Both the position numbers and the translations under genes were made by a program. Positions 39,485-54,800 of a stretch of DNA of 64,000 bases are shown one piece after another. Position 1 is the stretch's first letter. Each line of letters opens with the position of its first letter. Below the pieces are notes generated by a model, which worked only from the letters and a program-made list of their open reading frames with translations, did not search any database and was not told the DNA's origin. Source of the stretch: Phallusia mammillata (Eukaryota); NCBI GenBank assembly GCA_965637545.1, contig OZ281497.1:19220001-19284000 (forward strand). Direction: 5' to 3'.

Positions 39485-39816
39485 CAGTGGTTCCCAAACT
39501 GTGGGCCATGGCCCAGTACTAGGCCACCAAGACATTTTCAATGGGCCACAGAGCCATTTGAACAGATTCTACTGTTTTGTTATACTGTAGATATTATGCG
39601 CTTTATTTTGAAAAACGTAATTTTTGCAAAGAATTCCGAATCTTGTAGCCAAATTTCAGGAGCGTGTATCTCATTAAAAATAAATTGCTAGAAAACATTT
39701 CGCCTGTTTTTGAGTTATTTTTTTTGTTTGTGCCCAAATTTACAGCACGTGGTGGGCCACGAATCGCTATTAAATAGACATTTGGGCCACAGACCAAAAA
39801 AGTTTAGGAACCCCTG
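39485..39816. mobile_element. hAT (Buster/Charlie-like) MITE
   Basis: TIRs CAGTGGTTCCCAAAC and GTTTAGGAACCCCTG, exact TSD GGTTAGGA. Confidence 0.87.
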
Positions 39817-40715
39817 GGTTAGGATGTCAGTTTTTAAAAATTTACATTAACAGGAACTAATTTATTGCTGGTTGAAGTGGAACTTAAATGCTAATACCTT
39901 ACCCCGTACGCAATATCCCTTACCTAAAGCATTTTTAGAGAAATATCGTTTTAAATGGGTAAAGTACTTTTTACGCCACCTATCGAAAAATAGTGGGTCT
40001 ACCGTGGGGTATAACATAGGTAGGTTTGTCCCCCAAAATTGACAATTTGACCAGGAATGGCTTGCTGTAATCTTTTGCGTTACATTTTTTTGAATTGAAA
40101 AAAAGCAAAACAACAACTAAAAAAACTGAAAAACTGCTGAAAATTATCCTGTTAAACAAAGGCACTTTCTCAATATCAAAGGCAAACAACAGGCATAAGA
40201 CACCAGGGAATATCGTGACCAAAGTCCTTGTGATGTAAATCGAATGTTCCTATGACGGTGATAGTGTGTTAGTTTGCGTAACAACCTATTAAATAGTTTT
40301 TTAAATGTTTGGGCCTAAGCAATTTAATGTGCAAAACGTTCTTCGCCGTTGCAAATCCTTTACCAACTTGACGTCAACTGTAATGTTGAAGATTGTTGCC
40401 CACGGGTTTCCCAACTTCTCTACAACTAAGGTGTTTTGTGCACTGTAGTGTGTGTTGTTTATGTTAAATCAGCTGATTTTTCCAATCTACAAATTGTAGG
40501 ACGTTCTTTTCCATGCGTGAAAAGAATAACTTTGATGGTTTCCTCTTCACGGTTTTGAACCAATATAAACCGGACGCTGAATTTCGGTGTTCAGGACAAC
40601 TCAAACACTAAGTGAAAATAATCTTATAATAACGCCATGCGCAAACACGTTTGTTTAGTTTGTTCAACGCTTTTATTTGGAATCACTTTTAACATATTTA
40701 GTAAATAGCCTACGC

Positions 40716-40930
40716 CAGTAGTTCTCAAACTGTGCGTCGCGACGCCCTGGTGCGTCGTTTCAATTTTCCAAGGGCGTCGCAGAATAGTTCCGTTTCGTGG
40801 ATTTTGGTGGTTGTATCGATAAACACAACTTTAATAATAAGTTTTCTCACTAACTTTTGTTTGCTGGTGCGTCGCAAGACCAGAAAACTTTTCCAGGGGC
40901 GTCGCAACAAAAAAAGTTTGAGAACCACTG
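40716..40930. mobile_element. hAT (Buster/Charlie-like) MITE
   Basis: TIRs CAGTAGTTCTCAAACT and AGTTTGAGAACCACTG, exact TSD GCCTACGC. Confidence 0.88.
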
Positions 40931-42830
40931 GCCTACGCAATAAGAAAACCGCGCGGTTATGAAGCAGGGTGTTTTGTTTCATGTTTCATAAAAGTGCAAG
41001 TTTCATGAACGCCTATGTTGGAAACGCAATGAAATACATGCATCTAGTTGAAATGTCATCGGTTAATATTTTAGCATACTGTTTTTAACATTTCAAAACT
41101 CCAAAAGTAAAAGTACATTATAACAGTTTTACGACACCGGGCAGCACAAAACAATCAGCCAAAGCAAGACCTGCTCCTTGGTGAAGCGAAGATGCAAAAT
41201 TATTAGAATAAGGGAATAATGAAGAACTGGTTGATTCAAGGGGTTGGACAGCAACGCCGAGTCACTGCCGTAAACTCTGTCGCATTTACCACATTTTTGT
41301 TAGGTTAAACGAGATGACTTACATTACATTAAAACGCCTTGGTGGCTTGTTTGCAGATCATACAGCTGTTTCGCTACAACTATAGATTAGCTAGCCTATT
41401 TCTTGGTATTGGTAATATTTGTATTCATAATGGGTTGCTTGCATTTGACAAATAATTTGATTTTCTGCAACAATTTTGAACACCAGATGTCGCAAATGTG
41501 CAGAAAGGCGAAGTGGAGAAAACGCCTTCTTTATTACCTGGTGATTTCGTCTCTTTACAGTTATTACCCAACTTTAAACAGTTACGAGACTTGGAAAGGT
41601 TTTACCATAGATTTATTTTGACCTAAGCTAGGCTTAATAAGGTTGACGATTTTTCCATTATGTCACGCATTTTGTTTAGTTTTTTTTTCACTTTGTTCGC
41701 CCTTCAGAATTGTTATTGTGATTCCATGCACACTTGTGATTTAATAACACTTACCCGGCTTTTTCGTCTAGTTTACAGACGTAAAATCCAGTAGAAAAAC
41801 AAATCACCATTTTACTTTGTCAAGTGTTCAAGCATCAGCTACTATGGCTAGCCAGTGCAAGAGTTTCAAGCAATAGTAAACACTTTTTTACCTAAAAGAA
41901 TTACAATTTCGTGCTGGCAAAAACGAGATACATTACGAAATGGAATAGTATTGATATCTAGAAAACGTCCCGGTATCGGTAAACACAAACGTTTTTTTTT
42001 CCAAAAATACCCATCCCTACTGGTAAAGTCACCGATTTTATACTAGTTTTTTCCCCCGACCGTTGAAAAAAGGGAGGCCCGCACAGAGAAAAAAAGAAAC
42101 GGTTAGTCGGCAGCCGCTTAAACAAACCGGTTGCTGCTCACTGTGGATATTTTTCAGGGATGACGCACAGTTTATAAAGCCGGGTTTCCAGCGATGACAA
42201 CTCAATGGTTAAACTTTAGGTCAAGAGCGCATTAGTACCTTAGTTTGACAGCATTTCAACACTTGTCAAAATCATATTCAAGATGAGATTCTGTAAATTT
42301 CCATTCAATCCTATTGATTATGACGTAATGCCATTGTCATCCAAAAAGAATAAAAGCGATTGTTTGAGAATTAAGCTACATTAAAGCGGAGAAGCAGCTC
42401 TCGGTTGACATTGCCATTTGGGAAAAGGATGTATTATGTGTCGTTTTGCACCGCCTTATCTGTGACTCGCATAACAGAGTAGCGTGCGAATTAAAGAGGC
42501 AAAAAATATTTTAGTTAATACTGCCATATCAGTCGCAGACTCTCAGTGTTGTTAAACTGCTGACACGGCTGAGCTTAATTTGTTTAGGAAGTACCACATT
42601 TGATTGTAATGGGTAATGGCGAAAGAAAGTTTAAAAGGCGCTTGTATTTTGATTACTACAATCGGTGTTAGCTTTTAATTTGGGTCATTGGTAAGATGTA
42701 TGGTTCCATTGTAATAAATTTATAACTTTACAGTTTCAGGTAGATTTTACCAGAATTCTAGTTTTCCTACTCAGTTGACACGCTGTGTGGTTTTGCTTGA
42801 AATCTATCTTCTTCGAACAACAACTTCAAA

Positions 42831-45800
42831 ATGTCGTTGAAAGTTAAAGAAACCGAGGTTTTTGTCGACAGCCAGAATTCTTTCAACCAGTGCCACAGCA
42901 CAACACGTCTTTTGAAAACCAAGCCCAATGGCGACGTTGAAGCTCATTGCAGCGATGATATTCCACCCAAAGAGGGCAAGGCCCTTCGAGAGAGAGACAT
43001 GTGGTCCGGAAAGTTCGACTTTTTGCTCGCTTGCTGTGGTACAGCAGTAGGGCTGGGCAACGTATGGCGCTTTCCCTATCTGTGCTACAAAAACGGCGGA
43101 GGTAGGAACGCATAAGGTCACTTTGCTACTCGCTTTAGAAAGAGGTTTGCGCAAGAAACAAACCAGTGCGATTCGCATCCTGTTTACGCGTCACGTTTAA
43201 TGTTAGTGGTATTTTTCCATGTCGGGTGTCGCGACAAACCCGGATTTGAATCCGGGTGCGAGGCTCTTGCAGCGGCCACTTGGGTAGATCAAACTTGTGC
43301 CACTTGAAACTCATTCCATTTGAGCATGTACTTACCACAGTTGCAGGTTGTCACAACAGTGGAGCCTGAGTATATGAAACATGCTTCTAAACACCACATA
43401 CTACATTTACACAACACTATTTGACATCCTTCACGACTCATGCTAAAACATCTTCTTTCTTCTATTTCAGGAGCTTTTCTTATACCGTACATGATAGTAG
43501 TCCTAATCAGCGGGGTACCGATTTTCTTTTTGGAAGTATCTCTCGGACAGTTTACAAAATATGGAGCGATCAAGTCTTGGAGTTCACTTTGTCCTATTAG
43601 CTCAGGTAGCTAGACTCAACCGTGTTGCATGTAGCCTAGATTTTGGTGTTTGCCGTCGGCGGTTTTTGCTGCGTTGGTGCGAGCATATTTAGGGCAGTCG
43701 CGCCTGATCACCGACTTTGCTTGGCAAAGTAGGTTGCCGGGCTTGCGACAGCCCAAACCGCTCGGAGTTGTTGGGTTGCTCAGTGCGCTAGAGCTTCGTT
43801 CACGCTTCGGCAGATAGTGAGGCGGCGTCGGCGGTGAAACATATACCATATGAAATACCTCCCCATAAATCCCGGTATCAGTGCTCTAACACTTTTCTGT
43901 TATGATCATTTCCCAAGGCATAGGCATTGCATCTGCTGTGATCGTATTCTTCACCCTATGCTACTACGCCGTCATTCTAGCCTGGGCACTATTTTACCTT
44001 ATCCAGTCCTTCAGGGCGGAATTACCTTGGGCAAACTGCAATAACACTTGGAACGACAAACTGAAATGTCAGGAAAACTTCACCTACGTGCGTATGCTGA
44101 ACATGACAGAGGCCGCCCGCCGGGCCAACTTCACTTCACCAGTTGAGGAATATTGGGAGTAAGTATTTGTGTTTTGTCAGTATGTATCACCGATTGGTGT
44201 GATAGCTTGTTTGTCGTGGTATGTGGGACAATTTTAATGTACAATACATACACGAGTGCCTATTAACACAATAACAGACGTACAGCTGGCCCTGTAACGT
44301 ATTCAGAACACAGGACGCAGCGAGTCACCATTCCTTCCTCTGGTTATCTAAGCCGGATTGCACCACGTGCTTTTTCGGTGATGTGACCCTCTCTGCCTGT
44401 CGGTATTTTTCCACTACGCCCGCCATTGCGCTATGTGATATCGATTGCGGTATATTTCTGAACGCATTTACCGTCAACGGCCACGGAGTGATCAAAAATA
44501 CGAGGCTTTTTATTTCCTGATAGCTTAAAACACTGTACACACCATCAACTTAAACTACATTGAATTGCGCGGTTTTGTATGATTTGTAAAAAGCCTGGAG
44601 GGCTCTCTGTGCCGGTAATTTTCCATTCTTGCCCGCCATTGACTGCTCGAGCCCATATTCAGGCACATAGCGACAAGCGCATATTGATTATAGCCCCTGG
44701 CTTTTTTGCATGTCGCTGGTCACAAATCGGATTACGACAGGCTGTTAGGAGGGCAACAGGACGTATTTTCACGTGTAAACTTTTAACAATTGTATTTGCG
44801 TGTCAACTAATTAGCTTGATTGCATGTGGGGTTTTAAACCCGTTACGAAAGGATGTCGTTTTCGCATTAACTAGTACGTGCGAATCTGTTATGAGAGTGC
44901 GAAAAGCGCAATTCGAATTTGGGTCAAAGATGACAACCAAATGTATGTTTGGCGTGTTTGTGTCAAAGCTTTTCACACAAGCTATTGAAGGTCCCTTTGC
45001 CATAGCTAAAGTAATTTGACAACAAACCAAACGAAGTACTAATCCTGTTAAGAAATAGATTTTTGAAAGTAATCGCAACTTGAATTGTTTGCTCAACTTC
45101 CGACGTTTTGGCGCGAAAATATTTTGTCAATGGAAGTTGCCATGTGATTGTCACGTGCGACAACGGAAAGTTTTGCATACTATCCTCGCGTCACGATGGC
45201 CGGTCACAAGCCGGTATACGCGTATCCGCAAACAAATGACTCACGGCACAACATCGGTGCTTTCTTGGTTGCTACTACGTTCGCAGTCCCGTGTTGTTTG
45301 ATTTTCTCTTCCTGTGGTTGGCGAAAGTTTTATCACTTTCAGGAAATGTTTTTTTTCACATAGAAAGTTCTCGTTGGCCATAGCTAATGTGATTGGTTTT
45401 GTTCATGCGTGTTTGTTATAACTTTTTTTCCATTGCAGGAGACATGTGCTGCAAATCACTGAAGGGATTGAAGACATGGGTGATATGCGATGGGAATTGG
45501 CCGGGCTACTCTTGTTGGCGTGGGTCATTTGCTACTTGACAGTTTTTCAGGGCACCAAGTCAACCGGAAAGGTATGTTTTGTTTTCTACGCGTTCCTGGC
45601 GTCCTTCAGCATGTTATGACCAATTTTCGTGAACCTGGGTCTACAAATTGAAACTGACTGGTTTATTTACAATGATTTATCAGTTGTCAACATGAAAATC
45701 AATATACTGATGTAAATCGTGAGGCCTAGTAGTTTTACTACGTTGCGAAGGGTGTGTCCTATCTACTATTGTAGGTTTACAGACTTTTCATTGGTCTGTT

Positions 45801-48800
45801 TCATTCTATCAAAACACATCCGTCCTTACTGTTTGTCCTCTTTGTGTAACCGAATATCGTAAGTGGTAGTGGCGTCCTTTGGAAATTTTCCACGACTTTC
45901 GACCTTTCAACGGCCAATCATGTTAGGACACTAACAAATGCGCCGCAATCAGACGGTTGTTAAATTATTTACCGCCAGCCAAAGCGTCCTCGAACAAACT
46001 ACGACTTTGTGTTGAAGCAACCAGACATCTAGATATTCACCGCGATAGAGCCTTTGTTTATATTTTATACATACAGCACTTGTCACCAACAGCTGTCATA
46101 GCAACAGTTGATGTGTCGCTTTGTCGTTGCCTGTCGTTACCCTCTTTATAACTTCCCTTATATCGAAACGATCTAGAAGTTTCGAAAGCAGTAAACAGCC
46201 TTTGGAAGCATGTTTTTGTTTTGTATTACCGTAAGCGTCATTTTACATTCGCTCGTTAAACGTAGCTGGGATGTTTTGTGGCCAGTGTTGATACATAAAA
46301 AGACAATATTAAGAGCTGTTTTACGGTGACTCAGAATATTACTGTGGGTGTTTACATAATCACTGCAACTAAGGTTAACGTTAAAGCTGGGTGGTTTACA
46401 ATCGGGTGCGTTCCGGGTAAAATCGTGAATAGTTCGCGTCGAAATATCGCTTAGGAATGTAGTGCTTACGGTGATAAAACCGCCCTCACTGAAACCTGCA
46501 CAGCGTTCTTGTCACGCCTCTGCTTTTGTCAGCTCTTTCTCCTTTCATCATTGGAGCGGTTTCCCGGCGTCTGTTGGTGCGATTGGTTGCTATTCTAGTG
46601 CCCTGGAGCACGTAAGCTCGCCGAGTACGATTTTTCCAGTAATTTTCCACAGAGCAGCGCGTGTATCTCGCGGTGCGCGTTGCTCTTGTGGCATTCCATT
46701 GGGACCGCTCTGTGAGTGGCTATCCTCTGTGTTCAAGCGGCATGCCCTTCATCTCAAATTCTCGAACGTTGTAATTTTTGTTCCAAAGAAGATTAACAAA
46801 AACTGAAATAAATAAGCGTCTGCTAGCCCAACGAACTCGTCTGCTCTCAACAAACAGAAGTTATGGCGCAGAGTAAAACTCATTTGCGATCAAATATTGC
46901 ATCATGTTGGTAACTTTTTACTGACAATAGGCGATGATGACGCAACATCTTATCATTTCCTGTATTATTACAGAAATGAAAAAAATGGCTCCTCACGATT
47001 TTTATTTACATAATTAAACATTTTAAACGAGACAGGCACATTTTGTGAGTTCGTGTAGGTTTCCTTGTGAAGGCGTACAAATATACTTTCTTTCTGTTAC
47101 TTTTGTACTTTTCCGTTTAGGCGTTGACGCGTTGGTGCGCACTCAAGCAAAACGAGTACCGTTACGTGGCACAAAAATTTCTATACATTCCTGCTTTTCG
47201 TCACACCAAGTAAAGCAATTTTTCTAAGGCCCGACTTTGCAGATAGTGATTCCTATTTTTGCCGCTGACGTAAAATAAGATCAAGACAATTGGGGCCCTT
47301 CTCTCGTCGCCCATTCACTTTTCATGTGGGCGAATGCTTAGTTGAAAAGTATTTGGGTTTGGTGACCGACTGTATTCAACACACAATGTAGAACTTACAG
47401 ATGAATGCGAATAATTTCAATTGCCGTATTATGATTGTGATTCACCTATCATTTACAGAGAGTATGTAAAATTTCGGAAGCCACGTTACGGCATTAAGTA
47501 AGTGAACCAGTAGAACAGTACGTGGAACCAATAACATTTATAAAGCTTAGTTACAGGGCTTCAAAAACCGAAAGTTGTGACTTTTTTGACGAAAATATTT
47601 GTCACACATATATATCACACAATTTAAGTTTCAAAAAATTATAAATTGGGCGACTGACGACAACAAACATGAAACAATGGACCAAACGGAACACTTATAA
47701 GTTTCGTTCATACCTAATATCATAAGCCATAAATCGTTAAATGGAACTTTGCGAGCGAGAGTGTACTGCGGTTGTGTGCAATGTTGCGGCGTATTGGGTT
47801 AGTTTTTAGCTTCGATTTTGCGAAATTGCAATCTCCGTTGACCACCTGGAAATCAGCGCCACTCCCATACCAGAAGCGCGCGATATAAGCCATGTTTCCC
47901 AGAAAATTATCAGCGTGTCGGCTGTACATTGAACGATAACCGTTAACCGTTAAGGCGTGCGACGACCTTCACTCGTAACGGAGTGCGTCCCTCTCAGTAT
48001 ATTCAACTGCAGACGGTTTCAATCTTCTCTGCAGTGGTAAACCGCTTCATTGGTAGGATGTGGTATCGGTCTGCACTCCCTAATAAAGGTCGAATATATG
48101 TGACTGCCAGTAACACAAACCTGCAAATAGGGCATATCACTCCCTTTTGCATTCACCTCATCCTGTTGCCATTGATTAAAGGAAGCTCGGACAGGACGTA
48201 AAATGTAAACAGGACTCTAACCTGTTTTTATGTAACCCTTCCTCTCCCTAAAACAACACGATTTTCGTGTACCGCTTAACTTTAGGACATCAATTTTGAC
48301 ACATTGCGACGTGGTTTTTACAAGTCTCTTGTTTACAGGCGATGTATTTCACTGCTACTTTTCCTTACATCATGCTTATCATCCTGCTTATCCGGGGCGT
48401 GACGTTGCCGGGTGCAATGAAGGGCATTGAGTTTTACATCAAACCGAACATCACCAAACTTGGCGAACCTCAAGTAAGTAACATATAAAACAGTGCATTA
48501 CGGCTTAAACTGGCCCTGTAGGTATAAATTTCTTTACTTCAAGGTGTACAACCAACAAAACGCAAAATATGGGGTGGGCGCCACACAGCCAATGGCAAAC
48601 TTGTTACCTGAGGTTTTTGCAGTCACGCTTAGTAAATACAAAATGTCTTGTCATGCCGCTGAAGCGTTACCGTGACGTAAAAGGGTCCTGGTTAGGGGTG
48701 TGTGGGAAGTGTGTGCCATGCTCTTCCGTGATAAACAACTCAAGTGTTTTCCGCCTCTCGGTAATATTGCATCAGCTACTTTTACACACGTTTAACCATG

Positions 48801-51800
48801 CGCCAAGCCATAAGCAACGACCTGATTTGGCACCTTGAAAGAGGCCACTCAGGTGTAAAACTGCATGCACAGGGCGTTTTCCATGTTCCCGTCTAAGTTT
48901 TGACATGCATGGGGGCGTCCTCATGAGTCAGCAGCAGCTAAACAGTTTTGACAGCTCCTCGTGATCTGTTATAGTCGAGCACCTGCTGAAGAGGTTTCGC
49001 AACTCAATTGCTCAATATTTTGCAACGTTTCTGTCAGGAAACAACCCCAGCAAACGCAAAAACAAGGCCCAACCAGCACTATGCAACACACGGAATAAAA
49101 TAATGCAAATTTCTCTTCTGAGCAATTTATCTTGTGGTTTTAGGTATGGATTGACGCCGGCACTCAGGTTTTCTTTTCCTATTCTCTCTGCATTGGCGTG
49201 CTGGTATCCCTTGGAAGCTTCAACCCCTACAACAACAACTGCTTGAGGTATGACTTTGTAGATCGCCCTTCCGTTGCTCTTTGTACGTTTCTTTATAGTC
49301 TGCTTCGAGTGGGCTGCGTTCAAAAGGTTGATTTTAGCACTGGTATGTGAACGACCGTGAATGCCCTAATTACATTGTTAAAACTCTAAAAGGGTTTGGA
49401 TAATAAGCATGAAACACTTATTCGTGCTATACGAGGTACGACTGTCGCCATTTATTTGACTCAACCGTTCCGACCAAATGCGTAACAAAGCCTAAGCTAC
49501 CATTTTATACGGGTTGTATCGCTTTAATTAATCAAACACCGCTAATAAGCCAATATAAATAACCACACTAAATGGTTGGGATACAAATGACAATATGTGT
49601 GTATTGCTATGGAGTTGCACCAAACGCCATGGAAGTACTAGAACGGGTATAAGTTTGTTTATGTGTGTTAAATTTCGGATAGCAATCGCTTAAACCGTTG
49701 GTCGCCATTCTCATATCCCACTGATCAGCATGAAAGTGCACCTGCAACGACTGACCAAGCCCAGTTAAAACACAAATCGTGTTGCCTATCATGTCAGAAT
49801 AGTTTCCAAAGCCAAAGGTCACATAGTCTAACAGTTTATATGCAGTGACCTCGCGTGCGAAGTTCGTCAGATAATAAATTTGTACAACGTGATGATAATG
49901 TCAATTAGCAACGCGCAACGGCAACTTTCTAAACGTTTTTACAGTCCTGTATCATGTTACTTGGCCATAGATAACACTCCCTTAAATTCCTCAAGTCGGT
50001 TTCCTTGTAGAAAGTCGGTTTTCGTCCCAAAGGTCTACTATGGTGGCCACAACGAAGATTTAAACCAACCCTAATAAGGCCAAGCGTCCCTACTACAGCC
50101 CATCGTGCTATTTTAAGCTCGGATGCGAAACATGGTGATTGGCATTGCTGATTGCAATCGTATATGCCCGCCATGTCGGAATAAATCCATGCCATAACAA
50201 AACATATACTAGTTTATCTGCAACATAACAGCCTGTTTACTTGGAAATCTCGCTTGTTTAAAATATAAAAATCAAGATAAGATATTAGGCAAATATTTAT
50301 GTTTATTTATTGGTGTTTATTTCCCAGAGACACTGTGATTATTGCCGGAGTGAACAGCGGTACGAGTATCCTAGCTGGCTTTGCAATCTTTTCTGCTCTC
50401 GGTTTTATGGCAACGGAGCAGGGAATGGAGGTGGCTGACGTCGCGGAAAAAGGTAAGAGAGCATTAGTGAATGGAAAATTACCGAAACGGTGGGTCATCG
50501 AAACAAAATTGCTTGTGAATAGTCTGCGGTCTTTCCACATACCCGGTGACGTGGGTTTCTTGTAAAAGCCGCATTCCGGCACCGTGTTTTCGCCTGTTTT
50601 GTCGTGTTGCAAGAGCCACGAGATCCTAAATTGCATGTTCGTAGGCTACTTACACCACCACTTGATCCGCCGGTGGTTAAAAATATGTGTTTCACGAGTG
50701 TGCCTCTCAAACAAATCTCACGTGTACATAATGACTGCTTCTTTAATAATAATTCGTTTGTGTCTAACCCGTAATTATGGCTTTTTAATGTGTGACTATT
50801 TGAAATGCGAACACAACGGTGCCATAACACAATAATTTTGCAATGCATTTATACATTGATCATTACTGTGGTGCGAAAACCATAAATGAGTGTGTCTTCC
50901 GTGCGCATGCGTGGAGCTTGTGACAACACACACACGTTAGTGCTAAAAGGAAGCTAGCAGTTGATTGAGCGCTTCTGTAATATACTGCATCTACGTGTCG
51001 TGTTTCGTGGTACTCTCTGAATGGTTAATATGGTCGGCTTGCCTCATAAGGCTCGGCGTCCTTACTACAGTTGCTGTTCTTCCGCAAGGCTCTGAAGGAC
51101 GCGAATAGGAGGCAATAAGAGGAAAAACCCTGAGCGTCGGAACATCGGAAGTGTGGTTATTGCTATAAAAGGCAATTTGCGGGAAATACAAAGGCATCGC
51201 CTTGAAACAAACCTATACCGCGTTTATATTAGGCTCTTGTGCATAAAGAACGCAAAAGAATGTCAGAACTGCCAGCATGTTGCAACGTGAACCCAGTGTC
51301 CTCATGTAAGCAGTAAACCGTTCGGTATAAATATTTTGACAGCTTTTAATAAACTGTTGACAACAGATCCTTGTAAAAAAATAAGTACTTTCCTGTTGTT
51401 TACAACCCCGCTGTATGACCTTGTTTGTCGATTTGAACTGTTTTGAACCGCATATAAGAGGATTGTAGTTGCATAAGACTAATCCCCTGTGGCGCAAATG
51501 CCGTCAACGAAACATCGGTGCGTCATGCCGCATGCAAGCAGCTGGCTCTAACACTCCGCCTTAAAGTGTTTAGAGGTCCACAACACTGTACGCTACCCGT
51601 TCTTTACACGTCACGCAAGTTATCTTAGTCGCTGATTGGTCAATGTGCATTTGACGAAGCTAATCACGGCTAATGCTTGTTGACTTCATTTGTTGTCTTC
51701 GCGTTCCATCTATTTGTGTTGTTCAAGATTTGTATTTACATTTTCAGGCCCTGGTCTTGCATTTATCGCTTACCCCAAAGAGGTTTTACTCCTTCCAGTT

Positions 51801-54800
51801 TCCCAACTCTGGTCATGTCTTTTCTTTGTCATGATATTTCTTCTCGGCATCAGCACCCTGGTGAGTCGACATTGAAACATTAAAATGTCAAAAAGGTTGT
51901 TTAAGAGCCCTTGTTACAAGTCAAGCATGGTTCAAGTTTGTGTACTTATACTTGAACGGTCTGTTTTTATCCACAGCTTACTGATACGTTGGCTTTGGTA
52001 ACTTCCCTGGGTGATCTCTTTCCCCAGCTGTTCCGCGGAGGAAAATACCGAAAAATGATTGCCATGGCTGGTGGGTGCTTCGCGTGTTACCTGGTCGGAC
52101 TCTCAATGGTTACCCAGGTAAGATTATTCACTGTTAATACATATTACTTACCTATAGGCAAAAGAACCAGATAGAGCACGCACCGCGCTTTTCGGGGAAT
52201 TCTACTTGGCGCTACTTTCAGGGGTTTTCGGTGTTTTGTTTGTGCCCGAAATTATCACCTTAGCTCAGCAGTCCTCAACCTGTGCACTGTTAGGAATTTG
52301 CTAACTTCAGGAGACAACTTTTTGCTGTATTTTTCCACGTGGTCTGTAAAAAAATTACCTCAGTTAAGAAGCGATAATGTCGATTTAAGACTCAATATTA
52401 AATAGTGTTTTCAATTTACCATCGTTTATCGACTTTAGTATATGTGGAAGAAACAGAAAAAGCTTTGAGACAACTGCCTTAGATCATGCGTTATGAAATT
52501 CTAAACAAATTCGTTAGTCAATGGTTGATTGTTTACATTAGGGTTTTCCTCGGTTTAAGTGTTTAATTTACAAGCGAAAGTAAATGCTTCCCTTCGTCAG
52601 TTTAATTTAAAAGCGAACTGAGTTCATTCTTTTCCCATATGGAACTGCGTCTTTTCATAACACCAGGAAGGGCTGACAAGGTCGGCGTGCCCATGTATCA
52701 ATGCACTGGAAACGAGGAAGGATGTGCGTGTGACGTATACGCCTTGTGATAATACCACCGACTCAAACCAACCAAACCGAAACGTGCATTTATGTATAGT
52801 GCACATATATTTCCATGCAAATATACACAAACGCAACCCAATAAGGCGTTCTTGGGTGGCATGAAAAAATCAAATGGTTAAGAACCACAGGTTTAGGGTT
52901 AGGAAGCTTTGTGTTTCATTTGATCGGCAAAAATGTCACATGGGTTGTGCGGTTCTTCGCAAAAAGTTTAGTGTTGAAATTGTTACATGTACAGTGGATT
53001 TAAATTTAACATTTACCCATTGTTCATTAGAAACAACTCATCTGTAAAGCCTGATGTAACTATGTAATATAACTAATTAAAACTGTGGGCTTGCATATAG
53101 TAACACTACCCTTTATGCGCAGGGTGGTATGTACATTCTACAGCTGTTTGACTTCTACGGTGCCAGCGGCTTTACACTGTTGTGGACGGCTTCGTGGCAG
53201 TGCATTGCTGTATCGTGGATGTACGGGGATCAGAAGTTCTACGACATACTTGAAGACATGATTGGGTACAGACCCACACCCTACTTCAGAATATGCTGGA
53301 AATATGCCGCACCCCTCCTTAACGCTGTAAGTGCTTCTGGAATTTGTATTTCATTTTGTCAAGGGATTAACCTAAACTTTAGCAAACCTCTGCTGCACAA
53401 AACCTTAAACAATTGTAACCCCTCCACCATTGGCTTATAATTTTCGACGTTTGCGTCACGTGATGTAATTAAAATACATCAACATGCCACGTTGAAGAAA
53501 AACAGACTTGCCAACGACGTGATGTTCACGCGCAGTTGTGCGTGGCGCCTGCTCGACCGATCAATAGGGGAAGTAACGAGGCCTGGTGAAATTTGAAACC
53601 GGTTTATGCCAGGTCACATCCTTTGCTGCTACAAGCCTGAGACCGCCACAATGCTAAAACGCGGGAATTCAGAATTCGGGCGCGCAGTTCATATTTTGGC
53701 GCCTTTTGAAAGGCGGGAATAAATGTTTTTGTTTTGGCCGTTGAATCCAAAGCGGATGGCCCTGAACTGATAGCACAGATAATGGGTTTTTGTTGCTACC
53801 AATAGGCTGTTGTAGTGCCGGGTGTAAAAGCCTATTTTAATTATTCATGACGTCGAGACTGAAATCCCCAGCGCTTCTAAACAAATCGAAACATTTCTGG
53901 CAATCGGTTATCAGTCACAGGCTGTATAAAAGTTCCTAGTATTATTTGTCACCAACAATAACATGACCGTTTGCTGTTAACACCAAAAACCGGTTTACGC
54001 TGTTGTTTTTAACTTCGCTGCGAGTACAGACGGTTGATCAATGACTGTACAACTGCGTTTTTTCTTTTGTATTCAGCTACCACGCCCCCTTGGTTTGAAA
54101 GCGGCTGTAAAGCTCTTTGTGGTTGATTTAAACGCTTAGCAAGGGCCCTACTACTATCTCTGCGGTTGATTTAAAGCGCTAATCAAGCGACGCTGCTATC
54201 TTGGCCGATAGGCTTTGAACTTCGTTTCCTCGTAAACAAAGCACTTGGGAATGGCGCACTCCCCCTTCGTTAAAACGCCCGCCAAGACAGTGAGCTGATT
54301 TTGCGCAGCTGGGCCGAAAACATGTAAGCAGCAGAGTAATGTTAATGGGGACTGGGGTTATGCAAAGACAACTGCCGTATGTGGCCAGTGGATGTAAATT
54401 CAACGGGTAGTAAACTATGAACCTGTTTTATATGTATGTATGTCTTTGCAGGCTATTCTTATCTTCGCCATTGTGAAGTACGAACCTCTTACCTACAACA
54501 AGACTTACAATTATCCGGCTTGGGGTCATGCGATTGGTTGGACGTTGGCCTTCTCCTCTATCTTATGTGTGCCGCTGCGTATGTTGTATGTGATTTGCAC
54601 AATGGAAGGAGACACCTGGGCCGAGGTAAACAACATCAAACGAAACCAAAAACTGTTTTTCTAAACCATGTTCCTGTACAATTACATTTTACTTTACCAC
54701 TGATGTTTAACTGTTGTTTCTTTTCTCTCTCAGAAATACCGAAACGCGACCCGACCTGAGGTTCAAATTCAGCACGGTGGCAACAGAAAGTCCAACAAGG

